Positions 18,338 to 27,671 of a stretch of 64,000 nt of DNA are shown here, piece after piece. The notes beneath the pieces are model-generated. The model saw only the letters and a program-made list of their open reading frames with translations. It was not told the DNA's origin and did not search any database. A program made the translations under genes and the position numbers. Origin of the DNA: an uncultured Spirochaetota bacterium (GTDB lineage Bacteria; Spirochaetota; Spirochaetia; SZUA-6; Fen-1364); NCBI GenBank assembly GCA_963781885.1, contig CAWAHW010000002.1:147119-211118 (forward strand), read 5' to 3'. Each line of letters starts with the position of its first letter. Position 1 is the stretch's first letter.

Positions 18338-19048
18338 ATGGCACTCCTGATCCCGTCGATTCTTTCCGCCGATTTCACGCGACTCGGCGATGAGCTGCGC
18401 GCAGTGGAGGCGGCCGGCGCAGACTGGATCCACGTCGACGTCATGGACGGGCATTTCGTTCCGAACCTCACCATGGGCCCGCTGGTCGTGGAGGCCGTGC
18501 GCCGGGTGACGCGGATCCCCATCGATGCCCACCTCATGATCGAGAACCCTGATCGGTTCATCGAGCGATTCGCCGAGGCGGGGGCCACGCACATCAGCGT
18601 GCACGCGGAGACCGCCGTCCATCTGAACCGCTCACTCCAGCTCGTGCGGTCGTGCGGCGCGCATCCCGGGATCGCTTTGGGGCCCGCCGCGCCCCTGTCG
18701 CTTGTCGAGTGGTCGCTGGACTACGCGGATTACGTTCTGCTCCTCGCGGTGAATCCCGGTTTCGGCGGGCAGGATTTTCAGCCCTGCGTGCTGGAAAAGA
18801 TCCGCGCCTTTTGCGCCGAGATCCGGCGCCGGGGACTCTCGACAACCATTCAATCCGATGGCGGCATCAACCTGGGAACCATCGCGGATTTCGCGGCGGC
18901 CGGTGTGGATGCATTCGTGGTTGGATCGGCGTTGTTCGGAAGCGGCGATTACCGCGCCACCCTGGCCGCGATGCGGCAGAAGGTGGAGCGCGCGGCGGGG
19001 CAGACCCCCGCGGTTGCCAGCCGCGGCGGCGCGGGGATCGGTCGATGA
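18338..19048 (+). CDS. rpe: ribulose-phosphate 3-epimerase
   Basis: HVDVMDGHFVPNLTMGP...NPGFGGQ...SDGGIN. Confidence 0.9.
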   Translation: MALLIPSILSADFTRLGDELRAVEAAGADWIHVDVMDGHFVPNLTMGPLVVEAVRRVTRIPIDAHLMIENPDRFIERFAEAGATHISVHAETAVHLNRSLQLVRSCGAHPGIALGPAAPLSLVEWSLDYADYVLLLAVNPGFGGQDFQPCVLEKIRAFCAEIRRRGLSTTIQSDGGINLGTIADFAAAGVDAFVVGSALFGSGDYRATLAAMRQKVERAAGQTPAVASRGGAGIGR

Positions 19049-19914
19049 TCGCGATTGCCAACGGGTTCTGGGGTGCCGCGATCTCGGAGACGGGCGCCGA
19101 GATGAAGAGCCTCGCCAATCTCAAGACCGGTCAGGAGCACATCTGGCACGGCGATCCGACATGGTGGAACGGCTCAGCCCCGGTGCTTTTTCCCATCATC
19201 GGGGGGCTGAAAGACGGCGCGTACACATTCGAAGGGAAGCAGTACAAACTGCCGTCTCATGGGTTCGCGCGGGGCAGCGAGTTCATGGTGACCCGGGCCG
19301 GGTCGGACTTCGCGGAGCTCGTGCTCGCGTCCAACCCGAAGACACGGGAAAACTACCCCTTCGATTTCTCCCTGAAGGTGTCTTTCGGTCTAGAGCGCTC
19401 GGGCGTCGCCATTCGATATGAAGTCACCAACACGGGGTCGTCGCGCATGTTTTTCTCCATCGGGTCGCATCCCGCGTTCGTGGTTCCGTTTGCCGGGGGC
19501 GCGCTTGAAAACTACTACGTGCTCTTCGAGCGCGAGGAGAGCATCGAGCGCTGGTTCTTCAAGGACGGCATCATCCTGGCGGGCAAGACCGAGGAGGTGC
19601 TGGACAACAGCCGCACCCTCAACCTCACCCGATCGATGTTCGACGACGGCATCATGATCTTCAAGCACCCGGCCTCGCGCGAGTTCGCCATCGCCAACAG
19701 CCGCGGCGCGCACGCGGTCCGGGTGGTGACCGAGGGTGTGCCCTACCTGGGGATCTGGTCGAAGCCCGGAGGTGCGCCCTTTCTCTGCATCGAGCCGTGG
19801 CATGGCATCCCCGACATGAGCGACGCGACGGGAAACCTCGTGGAGAAGGAAGGCATCGTCGGGCTCGACCCCCGCGCGATCTTTTCGACCGGTTATCGCG
19901 TGGAGATCGAATAG
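19045..19914 (+). CDS. aldose 1-epimerase-family protein (galactose-mutarotase-like)
   Basis: 289 aa beta-sandwich mutarotase-like sequence. ATGA overlap with rpe. Confidence 0.75.
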   Translation: MIAIANGFWGAAISETGAEMKSLANLKTGQEHIWHGDPTWWNGSAPVLFPIIGGLKDGAYTFEGKQYKLPSHGFARGSEFMVTRAGSDFAELVLASNPKTRENYPFDFSLKVSFGLERSGVAIRYEVTNTGSSRMFFSIGSHPAFVVPFAGGALENYYVLFEREESIERWFFKDGIILAGKTEEVLDNSRTLNLTRSMFDDGIMIFKHPASREFAIANSRGAHAVRVVTEGVPYLGIWSKPGGAPFLCIEPWHGIPDMSDATGNLVEKEGIVGLDPRAIFSTGYRVEIE

Positions 19915-19985
19915 CCTCACTCCCGCCGAAACCTCCGATTTGTTCGCGCGCGGGGTATTCCTTATATTAGGCGGGGGATCAACAC

Positions 19986-21020
19986 ATGAGTGACTACCTG
20001 CCTTCCGCCAATCGCTACGCGTCAATGCTGTACAGAAGATGCGGGAAAAGCGGCCTGCGGCTGCCTGCTCTTTCCCTGGGACTGTGGCATAACTTCGGTG
20101 GCGCGACGCCTCAGGAAAATGCCCGGCGGATGATCTTCCGTGCGTTCGACCTCGGCATCACGCATTTCGACCTGGCAAACAATTACGGCCCTCCCCCGGG
20201 GTCCGCGGAGGAGAACTTCGGAAAGATCCTCGCCCAGGATCTTGCCGGTCACCGCGACCAAATGATCGTCTCCACGAAGGCCGGCTACCTCATGTGGCCG
20301 GGCCCGTACGGGGAATGGGGCTCGCGAAAATACATCCTGGCGAGCCTCGATCAAAGCTTGAAACGGATGGGGCTCGACTACGTCGATATCTTCTATTCCC
20401 ACCGCCTGGACCCCGATACGCCGCTGGAGGAGACGCTCGGCGCGTTGCACAGCGCCGTGCAGCAGGGCAAGGCCTTGTACGTGGGCGTCTCTTCCTACTC
20501 CGCGGCCATGACGCGCAAGGCCTCGACGATTCTCCGGTCCCTCGGGACCCCGTGCCTCATCCACCAACCCTCGTATTCCATGCTGAACCGGTGGATCGAG
20601 AAGGGGCTGCTGGACGTCCTGGGCGAGGAAGGGATCGGCTGCATCGCCTTCTCGCCCCTGGCGCAGGGGATGCTTTCGGACAAATATCTTGCCGGCATTC
20701 CGGCCGGCACGAGGGCCGGGACGCAGGGCACGGCGCTGGACAAGAAGCTGTTGACGGAGGAGAACCTTCGACACATCAAGGCGCTGAATACAATCGCGAA
20801 GGCGCGCGGGCAGAGCCTCTCCCAGATGGCGCTCGCGTGGGTCCTGCGCGACACACGCGTCACCTCCGCACTGGTGGGAGCGAGCAGCCCGGCGCAGATC
20901 TCCGAGAGCGTCGCGGCCCTCTCGAACCTTCGTTTCACCACGGAGGAGATCGCGCGGATCGACAAGGACGCCGTGGAGGGCGGCATCAATCTTTGGGCGC
21001 AATCCAGCGACGCCGGCTGA
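19986..21020 (+). CDS. aldo/keto reductase (YghZ/Tas-like, L-glyceraldehyde-3-phosphate-reductase type)
   Basis: LPALSLGLWHNFG...DLANNYGPPPGSAEENFG...YVDIFYSHRLD. Confidence 0.85.
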   Translation: MSDYLPSANRYASMLYRRCGKSGLRLPALSLGLWHNFGGATPQENARRMIFRAFDLGITHFDLANNYGPPPGSAEENFGKILAQDLAGHRDQMIVSTKAGYLMWPGPYGEWGSRKYILASLDQSLKRMGLDYVDIFYSHRLDPDTPLEETLGALHSAVQQGKALYVGVSSYSAAMTRKASTILRSLGTPCLIHQPSYSMLNRWIEKGLLDVLGEEGIGCIAFSPLAQGMLSDKYLAGIPAGTRAGTQGTALDKKLLTEENLRHIKALNTIAKARGQSLSQMALAWVLRDTRVTSALVGASSPAQISESVAALSNLRFTTEEIARIDKDAVEGGINLWAQSSDAG

Positions 21021-21108
21021 CGGTGACCGGCGAAGTGCGGTTTTTCCACCCGACGCATTGACGCGGCCCGTTGATCCGAATAACCTTGCGCTCGAAGGAA
21101 CCACGTTG

Positions 21109-21405
21109 ATGGCAATCGACCAGAACCGCTTCGAGGCCCAGGTGAGCGAGGTCCTCGCGTCATTCGATTTCAATCTCGTTCACCGGGTCATGGAATTTCT
21201 AGACTGGACGTGGGCGAATCTCGATCGCATCCCGACGAAAAAGGAGCTTGTGGCCGAGGCAGGGCGGCTCCTGAGGGAGCTGGCGGGATCCCCCGGGGTC
21301 CTGGGCAGCGGCGGTCTGCGGGCGAGCTTCAAGGAAGACGGGACGCTCAGCCTCAAGTTCATCGTGAGCGAGAGCTGGTCCGATCTGGCCGAGGACGCCC
21401 GTTAG
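21109..21405 (+). CDS. hypothetical protein
   Basis: ORF 21058..21405 with no recognisable motif. The start is uncertain. Confidence 0.4.
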   Translation: MAIDQNRFEAQVSEVLASFDFNLVHRVMEFLDWTWANLDRIPTKKELVAEAGRLLRELAGSPGVLGSGGLRASFKEDGTLSLKFIVSESWSDLAEDAR

Positions 21406-21424
21406 GCCCCTTTCTGCCCGCTCT

Positions 21425-21456
21425 TGACTTATTTTTACTAGTAGAATACTATTTGA
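21425..21456 (+). promoter_or_regulatory. candidate sigma70-type promoter of the iclR gene (TTGACT-17-TACTAT)
   Basis: ttgact tatttttactagtagaa tactat, about 15 nt before the ATG at 21471. Confidence 0.35.
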
Positions 21457-21470
21457 TAAGAGATGAAGAG

Positions 21471-22325
21471 ATGAAGGATCGCAGTCGTATCAAGAAGCCC
21501 GTTCGCACCTATTCGGCACCCGCGGTCGACAGGACGCTCGACATCCTGGAATACATGGCGGCGCACCCGCGTCCCTTCGGTACCACGGAGCTCTCACGCA
21601 GCCTCAACATACCGATCAATTCCGTATTCCGCATCCTCAAACGCCTGACGGACCGCGCCTATACGGTGCAGGATCCCTTTTCCGACGGCTACCAGCTCAG
21701 CACGAAGGTTTTCACCCTCGGCATGAGCCTGTATGTCAGGTTCGAGCTGCGCCAGCGCGTCCGGCCTCATCTCGAATGGCTCTGCCGGGAAACCGAGGAG
21801 ACCTGCCAGCTCCAGGTCCCGCAGGGGGACAAGATGCTGGTGCTGGACACCATCAGCCCCGAGGTCCAGTACTACATCCGGGTGGTGCCGGGCGGACTCG
21901 TTCACTATCACCCCAATGCCTTTGGAAAGGCGGTGCTCGCCTTCGATACCGAGGAGGAGATCAAGCGCCTCATCCCGCCGAGGCTGCCGGGGTTGACGCC
22001 GCACACCATCGTCCTGCGCACGGAACTCTTGAAGCAGCTCGAGAACGTGCGCAGGACGGGTCTCGCGTACGACAACGAGGAATACAACGAGGGGATCAGG
22101 TGCGTCGGCGCGCCGGTCTTCGACGTGGAAGGCAAGGTCGTGGCGGGTCTCGGGGTCACGGGGCTCGTGTTCACCTTCCGCAACCAAAGGCTGGCGGCGT
22201 TCGAGCAGCTCGTGCTCGAATGCGCCTTCCGCGTCTCCCGGGACATCGGGTACACGGGCGGCTTCTTCACCGACAAGATCGCGCGCCCCTTTTCCAACCA
22301 GCTCCAGAAGGCCGGCGGCTCCTGA
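21471..22325 (+). CDS. IclR-family transcriptional regulator
   Basis: N-terminal HTH (LDILEYMAAHPRPFGTTELSRSLNIPINSVFRILKRL) and a C-terminal IclR effector domain. Confidence 0.85.
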   Translation: MKDRSRIKKPVRTYSAPAVDRTLDILEYMAAHPRPFGTTELSRSLNIPINSVFRILKRLTDRAYTVQDPFSDGYQLSTKVFTLGMSLYVRFELRQRVRPHLEWLCRETEETCQLQVPQGDKMLVLDTISPEVQYYIRVVPGGLVHYHPNAFGKAVLAFDTEEEIKRLIPPRLPGLTPHTIVLRTELLKQLENVRRTGLAYDNEEYNEGIRCVGAPVFDVEGKVVAGLGVTGLVFTFRNQRLAAFEQLVLECAFRVSRDIGYTGGFFTDKIARPFSNQLQKAGGS

Positions 22326-22338
22326 TCTTCAGGCCTGC

Positions 22339-23376
22339 TCAGGCCCTGATCGGGTAACGGCCGAGCTCCCGCCACGTCGTGAGCAACGCTCGATAATTCT
22401 CCGGCGTGACCGACGAGTGGATTGAGTTGCTCGACGAGAGGATGAAACCTCCGCCCGGCGCGCCGACCCGCAGCGCATGGCGCGTGGCGGCGGCGACTTG
22501 GTCGGGCGTGCCGAGGGTCATCAGGTGCGCGCAGTCTACATTGCCCTTGAGCGCAATGAGCGCCCCCAGCTTTGCCTTCACTTCCGCGAGGTCCATGCCG
22601 GCGACGGGATCGATGGGATCAAGGCAGTCGATGCCCGATTCCACGATCATGTCCATGAGCGGCCAGATCATGCCGTCGGTGTGCTTGATGACACGGAGGC
22701 CCAGCGCCTTGAACCCCTGCACGACGCGACGCAGGCCGGGCGCGAACAAGGCGCGAAAGTGCGCCGGTGACATCAGAGGCCCGCTGTCCCCGGCATAGTC
22801 GTCCCCCGTGTAGACGACCTTCGCGCCCCGTTGCGCGACCTCCTTCGCCATCGCCAGGTTGACGTCCACCGACATCTCGACCATGGCGGCGACAAGGGTC
22901 GGCTCGGAGACGATTGCCATGAGGAGGTTTTCGTATCCCATGAGGGAGCGGGGGATGGAAAAGACGTCGTTCAGATGGACGATCACCGCCTTCCGCCCGG
23001 CGTAGTCGCGGAGCGTCTTCTCCACGTGGAAGTAGCGTCCGGCGGCATGCGGATCAGGCGGTACGTAGCGCTCGAAGTCCCGCATGGTCCGTATCGGCGA
23101 TTCGACCTCTATGCCATGCTCCTCCGCTGACTCCTGCACGGTGTATCCCCACTCCGTGCGCCATCGCCCCGGTCCGGCGGGCGCCCTGGTCCAGTCGGGC
23201 TCCGCGATCACGGCGTCAAGCCCCATGCGGTCGGCGAAATCATTCAGCGAGATGCATCCCGGGGCGAGGGCTGCGCGCACCTTCCTGTCGATGGCCCATT
23301 CGAAATGGGGCACCCTGTCGGGCTCCTTGCGATCCAGCACCCGAAGGATCCGTTCCTCACCCGTCATGTCCGCCAT
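22339..23376 (-). CDS. uroporphyrinogen-decarboxylase (URO-D) family protein (MtaA/CmuA-like, not in a heme context)
   Basis: 345 aa TIM-barrel URO-D-like sequence. It is convergent with iclR and divergent from the SDR-led sugar operon. Confidence 0.75.
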   Translation of the reverse strand: MADMTGEERILRVLDRKEPDRVPHFEWAIDRKVRAALAPGCISLNDFADRMGLDAVIAEPDWTRAPAGPGRWRTEWGYTVQESAEEHGIEVESPIRTMRDFERYVPPDPHAAGRYFHVEKTLRDYAGRKAVIVHLNDVFSIPRSLMGYENLLMAIVSEPTLVAAMVEMSVDVNLAMAKEVAQRGAKVVYTGDDYAGDSGPLMSPAHFRALFAPGLRRVVQGFKALGLRVIKHTDGMIWPLMDMIVESGIDCLDPIDPVAGMDLAEVKAKLGALIALKGNVDCAHLMTLGTPDQVAAATRHALRVGAPGGGFILSSSNSIHSSVTPENYRALLTTWRELGRYPIRA

Positions 23377-23521
23377 TCGGTGCCTCCGATGATGATTTCA
23401 CCACCCAAGTAAAAAATATCATATCATATTTAAAATCTACTTGACAAATGGAATTTTACAAGTCATAGTCCGATTTGGTTTGATCCTGACAGATGATGCG
23501 TGAACGAGGGAGGTGCTTTGC

Positions 23522-24271
23522 ATGAGTGAATCTTTGAAGGGAAAAGTCGCCGTCATCTCCGCTGTCGGCTCGGGCTTTGCCAAGGCGACCGCGGAGCTTT
23601 TTGCGAAACTGGACAAGGTGAATCTCGTCGTCTTCGACATCGATGAAGCCGCGCTCAAGACCACGGTGGCCAACTGTCAGGCCGCGGGTTCCAGGGTTGT
23701 TTCGTTCAAGGGGGATGCCACGAAGCCCGAGACATTCGAGCGCGCGCTTTCGGAGAGCATCGGCAATTTTGGCAAGGTGGATTTCCTCATCAATTACGCC
23801 GGCGGGGCGGTCAAGGTGGCCCCCATCGAGGAGATGGATGACGCGGTGAACCGCAAGATCATCGATCTCAACCTCATGAGCACGATCATGAGCTGCCGCA
23901 CCTTCACTCCCCAGTTCAAGAAGCAGGGGTACGGGAAGATCATCAACGTGTCCAGCGCGTGCGACCGGCGTTCATGGCAGGGCTGGTCGGTCTACTCCGC
24001 GGCGAAGGCCGGGGTCAATGCGTTCACAAAGTGCCTTTACACGGAATTGCGTCCGTTGGGGATCGCGGTGACGCTCCTGGTGCCGGGCGGTTCCAACACC
24101 GGATTCCAGAAGGCAGCCCAGGGCGTCGACAAGTTCGAATGGGACGAGTCCCTCGCGGTGAGGCCCGAGCACTTCGCCGACATGGTCTACCAGACCTGCG
24201 CGCTGACAAGGGGCGGCTGCGTATCCGAGATGCTCGTGTATGGCCTGGCGCAGGACGTGAGCGGGTTCTGA
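23522..24271 (+). CDS. SDR-family oxidoreductase
   Basis: GKVAVISAVGSGFAKA glycine-rich motif and YSAAKAGV catalytic motif. RBS gagggagg. Confidence 0.85.
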   Translation: MSESLKGKVAVISAVGSGFAKATAELFAKLDKVNLVVFDIDEAALKTTVANCQAAGSRVVSFKGDATKPETFERALSESIGNFGKVDFLINYAGGAVKVAPIEEMDDAVNRKIIDLNLMSTIMSCRTFTPQFKKQGYGKIINVSSACDRRSWQGWSVYSAAKAGVNAFTKCLYTELRPLGIAVTLLVPGGSNTGFQKAAQGVDKFEWDESLAVRPEHFADMVYQTCALTRGGCVSEMLVYGLAQDVSGF

Positions 24272-24272
24272 C

Positions 24273-24782
24273 ATGAAAGAAATCGCCTGGAAAAAGCTGA
24301 GTCTGGAGGCTTTCGCTCCCTTTGGGGCGTATGCGCGGATGCTGAACCCTTCGGCCCTGAAGATCGGCGCGGAGCCAATCGAGTTTTTCCGCGACATGAT
24401 CCAATCCCAGTTGGGCACGACCTCACTTGCGTCCTTCGGTGTCTGCCGCGTGGTGAAAAGGCCGTGCGTCGTGGACGTGTCCGAGTACCACGACACCTGC
24501 TGCGAGATCGTGCTTCCCTTGGACGGCGACGTCCTGATGCACGTGGCGCCGGCGGTACCCGAGAAAGAGTTTCCTTTCGACCGGGCCGAGGTGTTTTTCG
24601 TGCCGAAGGGAACGATTTGCTGTCTGCGCCCGGGCGTGTGGCACCACGCTCCTTTCGCTCATGCAACGCAGGTCGTCAACTGTCTGGTCGTCCTTCCAGA
24701 GCGCACCTATATGAACGACTGCACGGTCTACCCGTTCCCGGCGGAAGAGCGGATCAGGATTGTCGGCGAGGGCGTGCTTTGA
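24273..24782 (+). CDS. ureidoglycolate-lyase (AllA)-like cupin protein
   Basis: About 169 aa. The N-terminal L-x-EAFAPFG pattern and cupin-like length resemble the AllA family, but the assignment is tentative. Confidence 0.5.
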   Translation: MKEIAWKKLSLEAFAPFGAYARMLNPSALKIGAEPIEFFRDMIQSQLGTTSLASFGVCRVVKRPCVVDVSEYHDTCCEIVLPLDGDVLMHVAPAVPEKEFPFDRAEVFFVPKGTICCLRPGVWHHAPFAHATQVVNCLVVLPERTYMNDCTVYPFPAEERIRIVGEGVL

Positions 24783-24894
24783 ATGCGCAATGTCATTTTT
24801 TATTTAGAATACGATTGGATTTTGGAGGTCGGTCTTGCTTAATTTATTTTGTAACAGTACTTTAGGACATTTGATATTTGAAATAAGATTTTTC

Positions 24895-24923
24895 TTGACA
24901 AATATGTATGCGCACAGCAGAAT
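24895..24923 (+). promoter_or_regulatory. candidate promoter of the ABC importer genes (TTGACA-17-CAGAAT)
   Basis: It lies in the 267-bp AT-rich gap upstream of the binding-protein gene. Confidence 0.4.
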
Positions 24924-25049
24924 GCCATCAAGAAAACCATCTTGAAAAAAAGGAGGTGGGAGAACGCAGCAGAACAACGGATCAAGGGCTTGGATTGTGA
25001 AAGTTGAGTGTACCGGTTTCCACAAACGTATCGAGGAGGGAGAGATCAC

Positions 25050-26075
25050 ATGAAGAAGACAGTCCTGTTGCTCGTCGCGCTCGCGCTCCTGGCCCCCATG
25101 GCATTCGCCAATGGCGGCGCAGAGAAGGCGAAGCCCATGAAGATCGCGTTCTTTGTATCAGATCTGAGCAACGTGTTTCACCAGGGGCAATTCGCGGAAG
25201 CGAAGAAGTACGCCAAGGAAAAGTACAACGCCGACGTGTACGCGTTTGACGGCAAGTCCGATTCCGCCGTCATGACGGCGAACATCGACCAGGTCGTGGC
25301 TCAGGGCATGGATGCGGCCACCCTCCACATCTGGGACGGCGATGCCGCGACCCCTGGCGTTCAAGCTGCCATCAAGAAGGGCATCATCATGACCGCGTTC
25401 TTCAGCCCGGTGGGCCAGACCGGGATCCCCGTGGCCCGCAGCGATGAGAAAGGCGTTTCTTTTGCCATGGGCGCGGAGATGGCCAAGCAGTGGAAGGCCG
25501 CATTCCCGAACAAGCCCATCGTGATGGTTGAGCTCGGATGGCCCGACAACACGGAAGTGAAGTCGGGACGCACCGACCCCTTCGTCCAGGGTGTCCTGTC
25601 CGTGGATCCTTCGGCGAAAGATCTCGGCTGCCAGGATGCGAGCAAGGGACCCGACACAGCCAAGCAGATCGTCACCGATCTCATGACCACGCACCCCGAA
25701 GTCAACCTGATCGACTCCGAGGCGGGCAACCTGACCGTCGGCACGATGGCAGCGCTGACGCAGGCCGGCAGGGGCAAGTTCAACAACGGCAAGCCGCTCA
25801 CGGAAATCGTCTGCAGCTGCGACTTCGACTCGGTCGAGATCAAGGAAGTCTACGATGCCAATAGCTCGCTGAAGCTCTCCCTGGGGCTTCCCCCGATTGA
25901 AACGGCACGGGGAAGAATCGACCTGATCATGGACATCAAGAACGGCAAGGTGAAGCAGATTTCACAACCCGCGGAAGAATACTTTTACAAGGCGTACAAC
26001 ATCTCCTATTGGACGATGCCGCGGGCCGATGCGGTGAAATGGCTGAACAGCCAATTCGGGACCACCGTTCAGTAG
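25050..26075 (+). CDS. sugar ABC transporter substrate-binding protein
   Basis: Signal peptide MKKTVLLLVALALLAPMAFA, a type-I periplasmic binding fold, and RBS gaggaggg. Confidence 0.85.
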   Translation: MKKTVLLLVALALLAPMAFANGGAEKAKPMKIAFFVSDLSNVFHQGQFAEAKKYAKEKYNADVYAFDGKSDSAVMTANIDQVVAQGMDAATLHIWDGDAATPGVQAAIKKGIIMTAFFSPVGQTGIPVARSDEKGVSFAMGAEMAKQWKAAFPNKPIVMVELGWPDNTEVKSGRTDPFVQGVLSVDPSAKDLGCQDASKGPDTAKQIVTDLMTTHPEVNLIDSEAGNLTVGTMAALTQAGRGKFNNGKPLTEIVCSCDFDSVEIKEVYDANSSLKLSLGLPPIETARGRIDLIMDIKNGKVKQISQPAEEYFYKAYNISYWTMPRADAVKWLNSQFGTTVQ

Positions 26076-26111
26076 CTTGATCGAAGCCTAAGAAAGCAGC
26101 AGTCTACCGAA

Positions 26112-26136
26112 GGGGGAGGCGGAAGCCTCCCCCTTT
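26112..26136 (+). terminator. intra-operon hairpin (9-bp GC stem, GGAA loop, short T-run), a probable partial terminator/attenuator after the binding-protein gene
   Basis: gggggaggc ggaa gcctccccc ttt. Confidence 0.5.
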
Positions 26137-26156
26137 CGCAGCAGGGGGGCGGATGC

Positions 26157-27671
26157 ATGAAGCTGACGGACAACGTCCTGGAAATCAGAGACCTCGTGAA
26201 GGATTTCCCCAGCGTACGGGCGGTCAATAACGTCAGTTTCGACATCAAGAGGAACACCGTGCATTGCCTGGTGGGAGAGAACGGGGCGGGCAAATCCACC
26301 CTCATCAAGATCCTCACCGGCGCCTCGATGCGTTCGAGCGGCAGCATTCTCCTGAACGGGATGGCATACACCCCGCACAGCACGCGCGACGCGAAGCAGA
26401 AAGGCATCAGCACGCTGTTCCAGGAATTGAACGTGGTGGATCAGCTCACCGTGGAGGAAAACCTCACACTCGGCATGGAGGACACGACCTTTGGATTCCT
26501 CCGCAAAACGGACAAGATCAATACGATGGTGAGCGTGATGAACAGCCTCGAACCGTCCATCAGGCCGCGGCAGCTCGTCTCCACCTTGAGCGTCGCGAAA
26601 AAACAGATCGTGGAGATCGCGAAGGCTGTCGCCACGGAGTCTGACATCATCATCATGGATGAGCCGACTGCCGCGATCTCCGAAAGCGAAATCAAGAGAT
26701 TGTTCGCCATCATCAAGAGCCTCCGAGAAAAGAACGTGACCGTCATCTACATATCGCACAGGCTCGACGAGATTTTCGAACTGGGCGACTACGTGACGGT
26801 CATGCGCGATGGAAAGCATATCGACACCAAGCTCGTGTCGGAGATCAAGGACCGATCGGAGCTGGTCAAGATGATGATCGGAAAGACCGTTTTCGAGCAG
26901 TACACGCCCAAAGAGGGCGAATGCAGGGACGCCATCCTCCAGGTCAGGCACCTCACCAACCACAAGCTCAACGACATTTCCTTCGAGGTCCACCAGGGAG
27001 AGATCGTTGGATTCTACGGCCTCGTGGGCGCCGGAAAGACCGAGCTCGCGCGTGCAATCTACGGGGTCGACCCTTACGAGGGGGATATCCTCTTCAAGGG
27101 CAGGAAGCTGCCGCCCTTCCCCGACAAGGTCATCGCCGCGGGGATCGCGCTTGTGCCGGAGGAGCGACGCTCGCAGGGGCTTTTCACCATCCTCACCATC
27201 CGCGGCAATGTGCCCGTCATGAACATGAAAAAAATCTCCCGCAACGGTTTCATCGACGCGGGGCAGGAGAGAAGGGTCACGCTCGACTACATCGACAAGC
27301 TCAGGATTTCCACGAACAGCACGGAGAAGGAAGCGTCGCAGCTCTCCGGGGGCAACCAGCAAAAAGTGGTCCTGGCCAAGTGCCTTTTTGCGGACGCGGA
27401 CCTGCTCATGCTCGACGAGCCCACACGCGGCATCGACGTGGGGGCGAAGAGCGAGATCTACGGCATCATCCGCCAGCTTTCCCATGAGGGGAAATCCATC
27501 ATGATCTTTTCCTCGGAGCTGCCCGAGGTCGTCAACATATGCGACAGCATCTACCTGCTCTATGACGGGAGCATGAAGGCCACCATAAGGAATGGCTGCG
27601 ACATCGACAGCGAAAAGATCCTCCATATCGTCACGGGCGGAGATGTCACCTCTGGTGACGGCGGGGAATGA
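26157..27671 (+). CDS. sugar ABC transporter ATP-binding protein (duplicated ABC domains, RbsA/MglA type)
   Basis: Two Walker A motifs (GENGAGKST and GLVGAGKTE) and the LSGGNQQK signature. 504 aa. Confidence 0.9.
   Translation: MKLTDNVLEIRDLVKDFPSVRAVNNVSFDIKRNTVHCLVGENGAGKSTLIKILTGASMRSSGSILLNGMAYTPHSTRDAKQKGISTLFQELNVVDQLTVEENLTLGMEDTTFGFLRKTDKINTMVSVMNSLEPSIRPRQLVSTLSVAKKQIVEIAKAVATESDIIIMDEPTAAISESEIKRLFAIIKSLREKNVTVIYISHRLDEIFELGDYVTVMRDGKHIDTKLVSEIKDRSELVKMMIGKTVFEQYTPKEGECRDAILQVRHLTNHKLNDISFEVHQGEIVGFYGLVGAGKTELARAIYGVDPYEGDILFKGRKLPPFPDKVIAAGIALVPEERRSQGLFTILTIRGNVPVMNMKKISRNGFIDAGQERRVTLDYIDKLRISTNSTEKEASQLSGGNQQKVVLAKCLFADADLLMLDEPTRGIDVGAKSEIYGIIRQLSHEGKSIMIFSSELPEVVNICDSIYLLYDGSMKATIRNGCDIDSEKILHIVTGGDVTSGDGGE

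Noticed and set aside
21020-21057. Possible terminator after the aldo/keto reductase (accggcgaagtgcggt + TTTTT)
   Set aside because: The stem is only 4 bp with an 8-nt loop, which is too weak to call.
20022-21173. 383-aa minus-strand ORF
   Set aside because: It is antisense to the aldo/keto reductase and is Arg/Gly-rich.
26088-27626. 512-aa minus-strand ORF
   Set aside because: It is antisense to the tandem-domain ABC ATPase.
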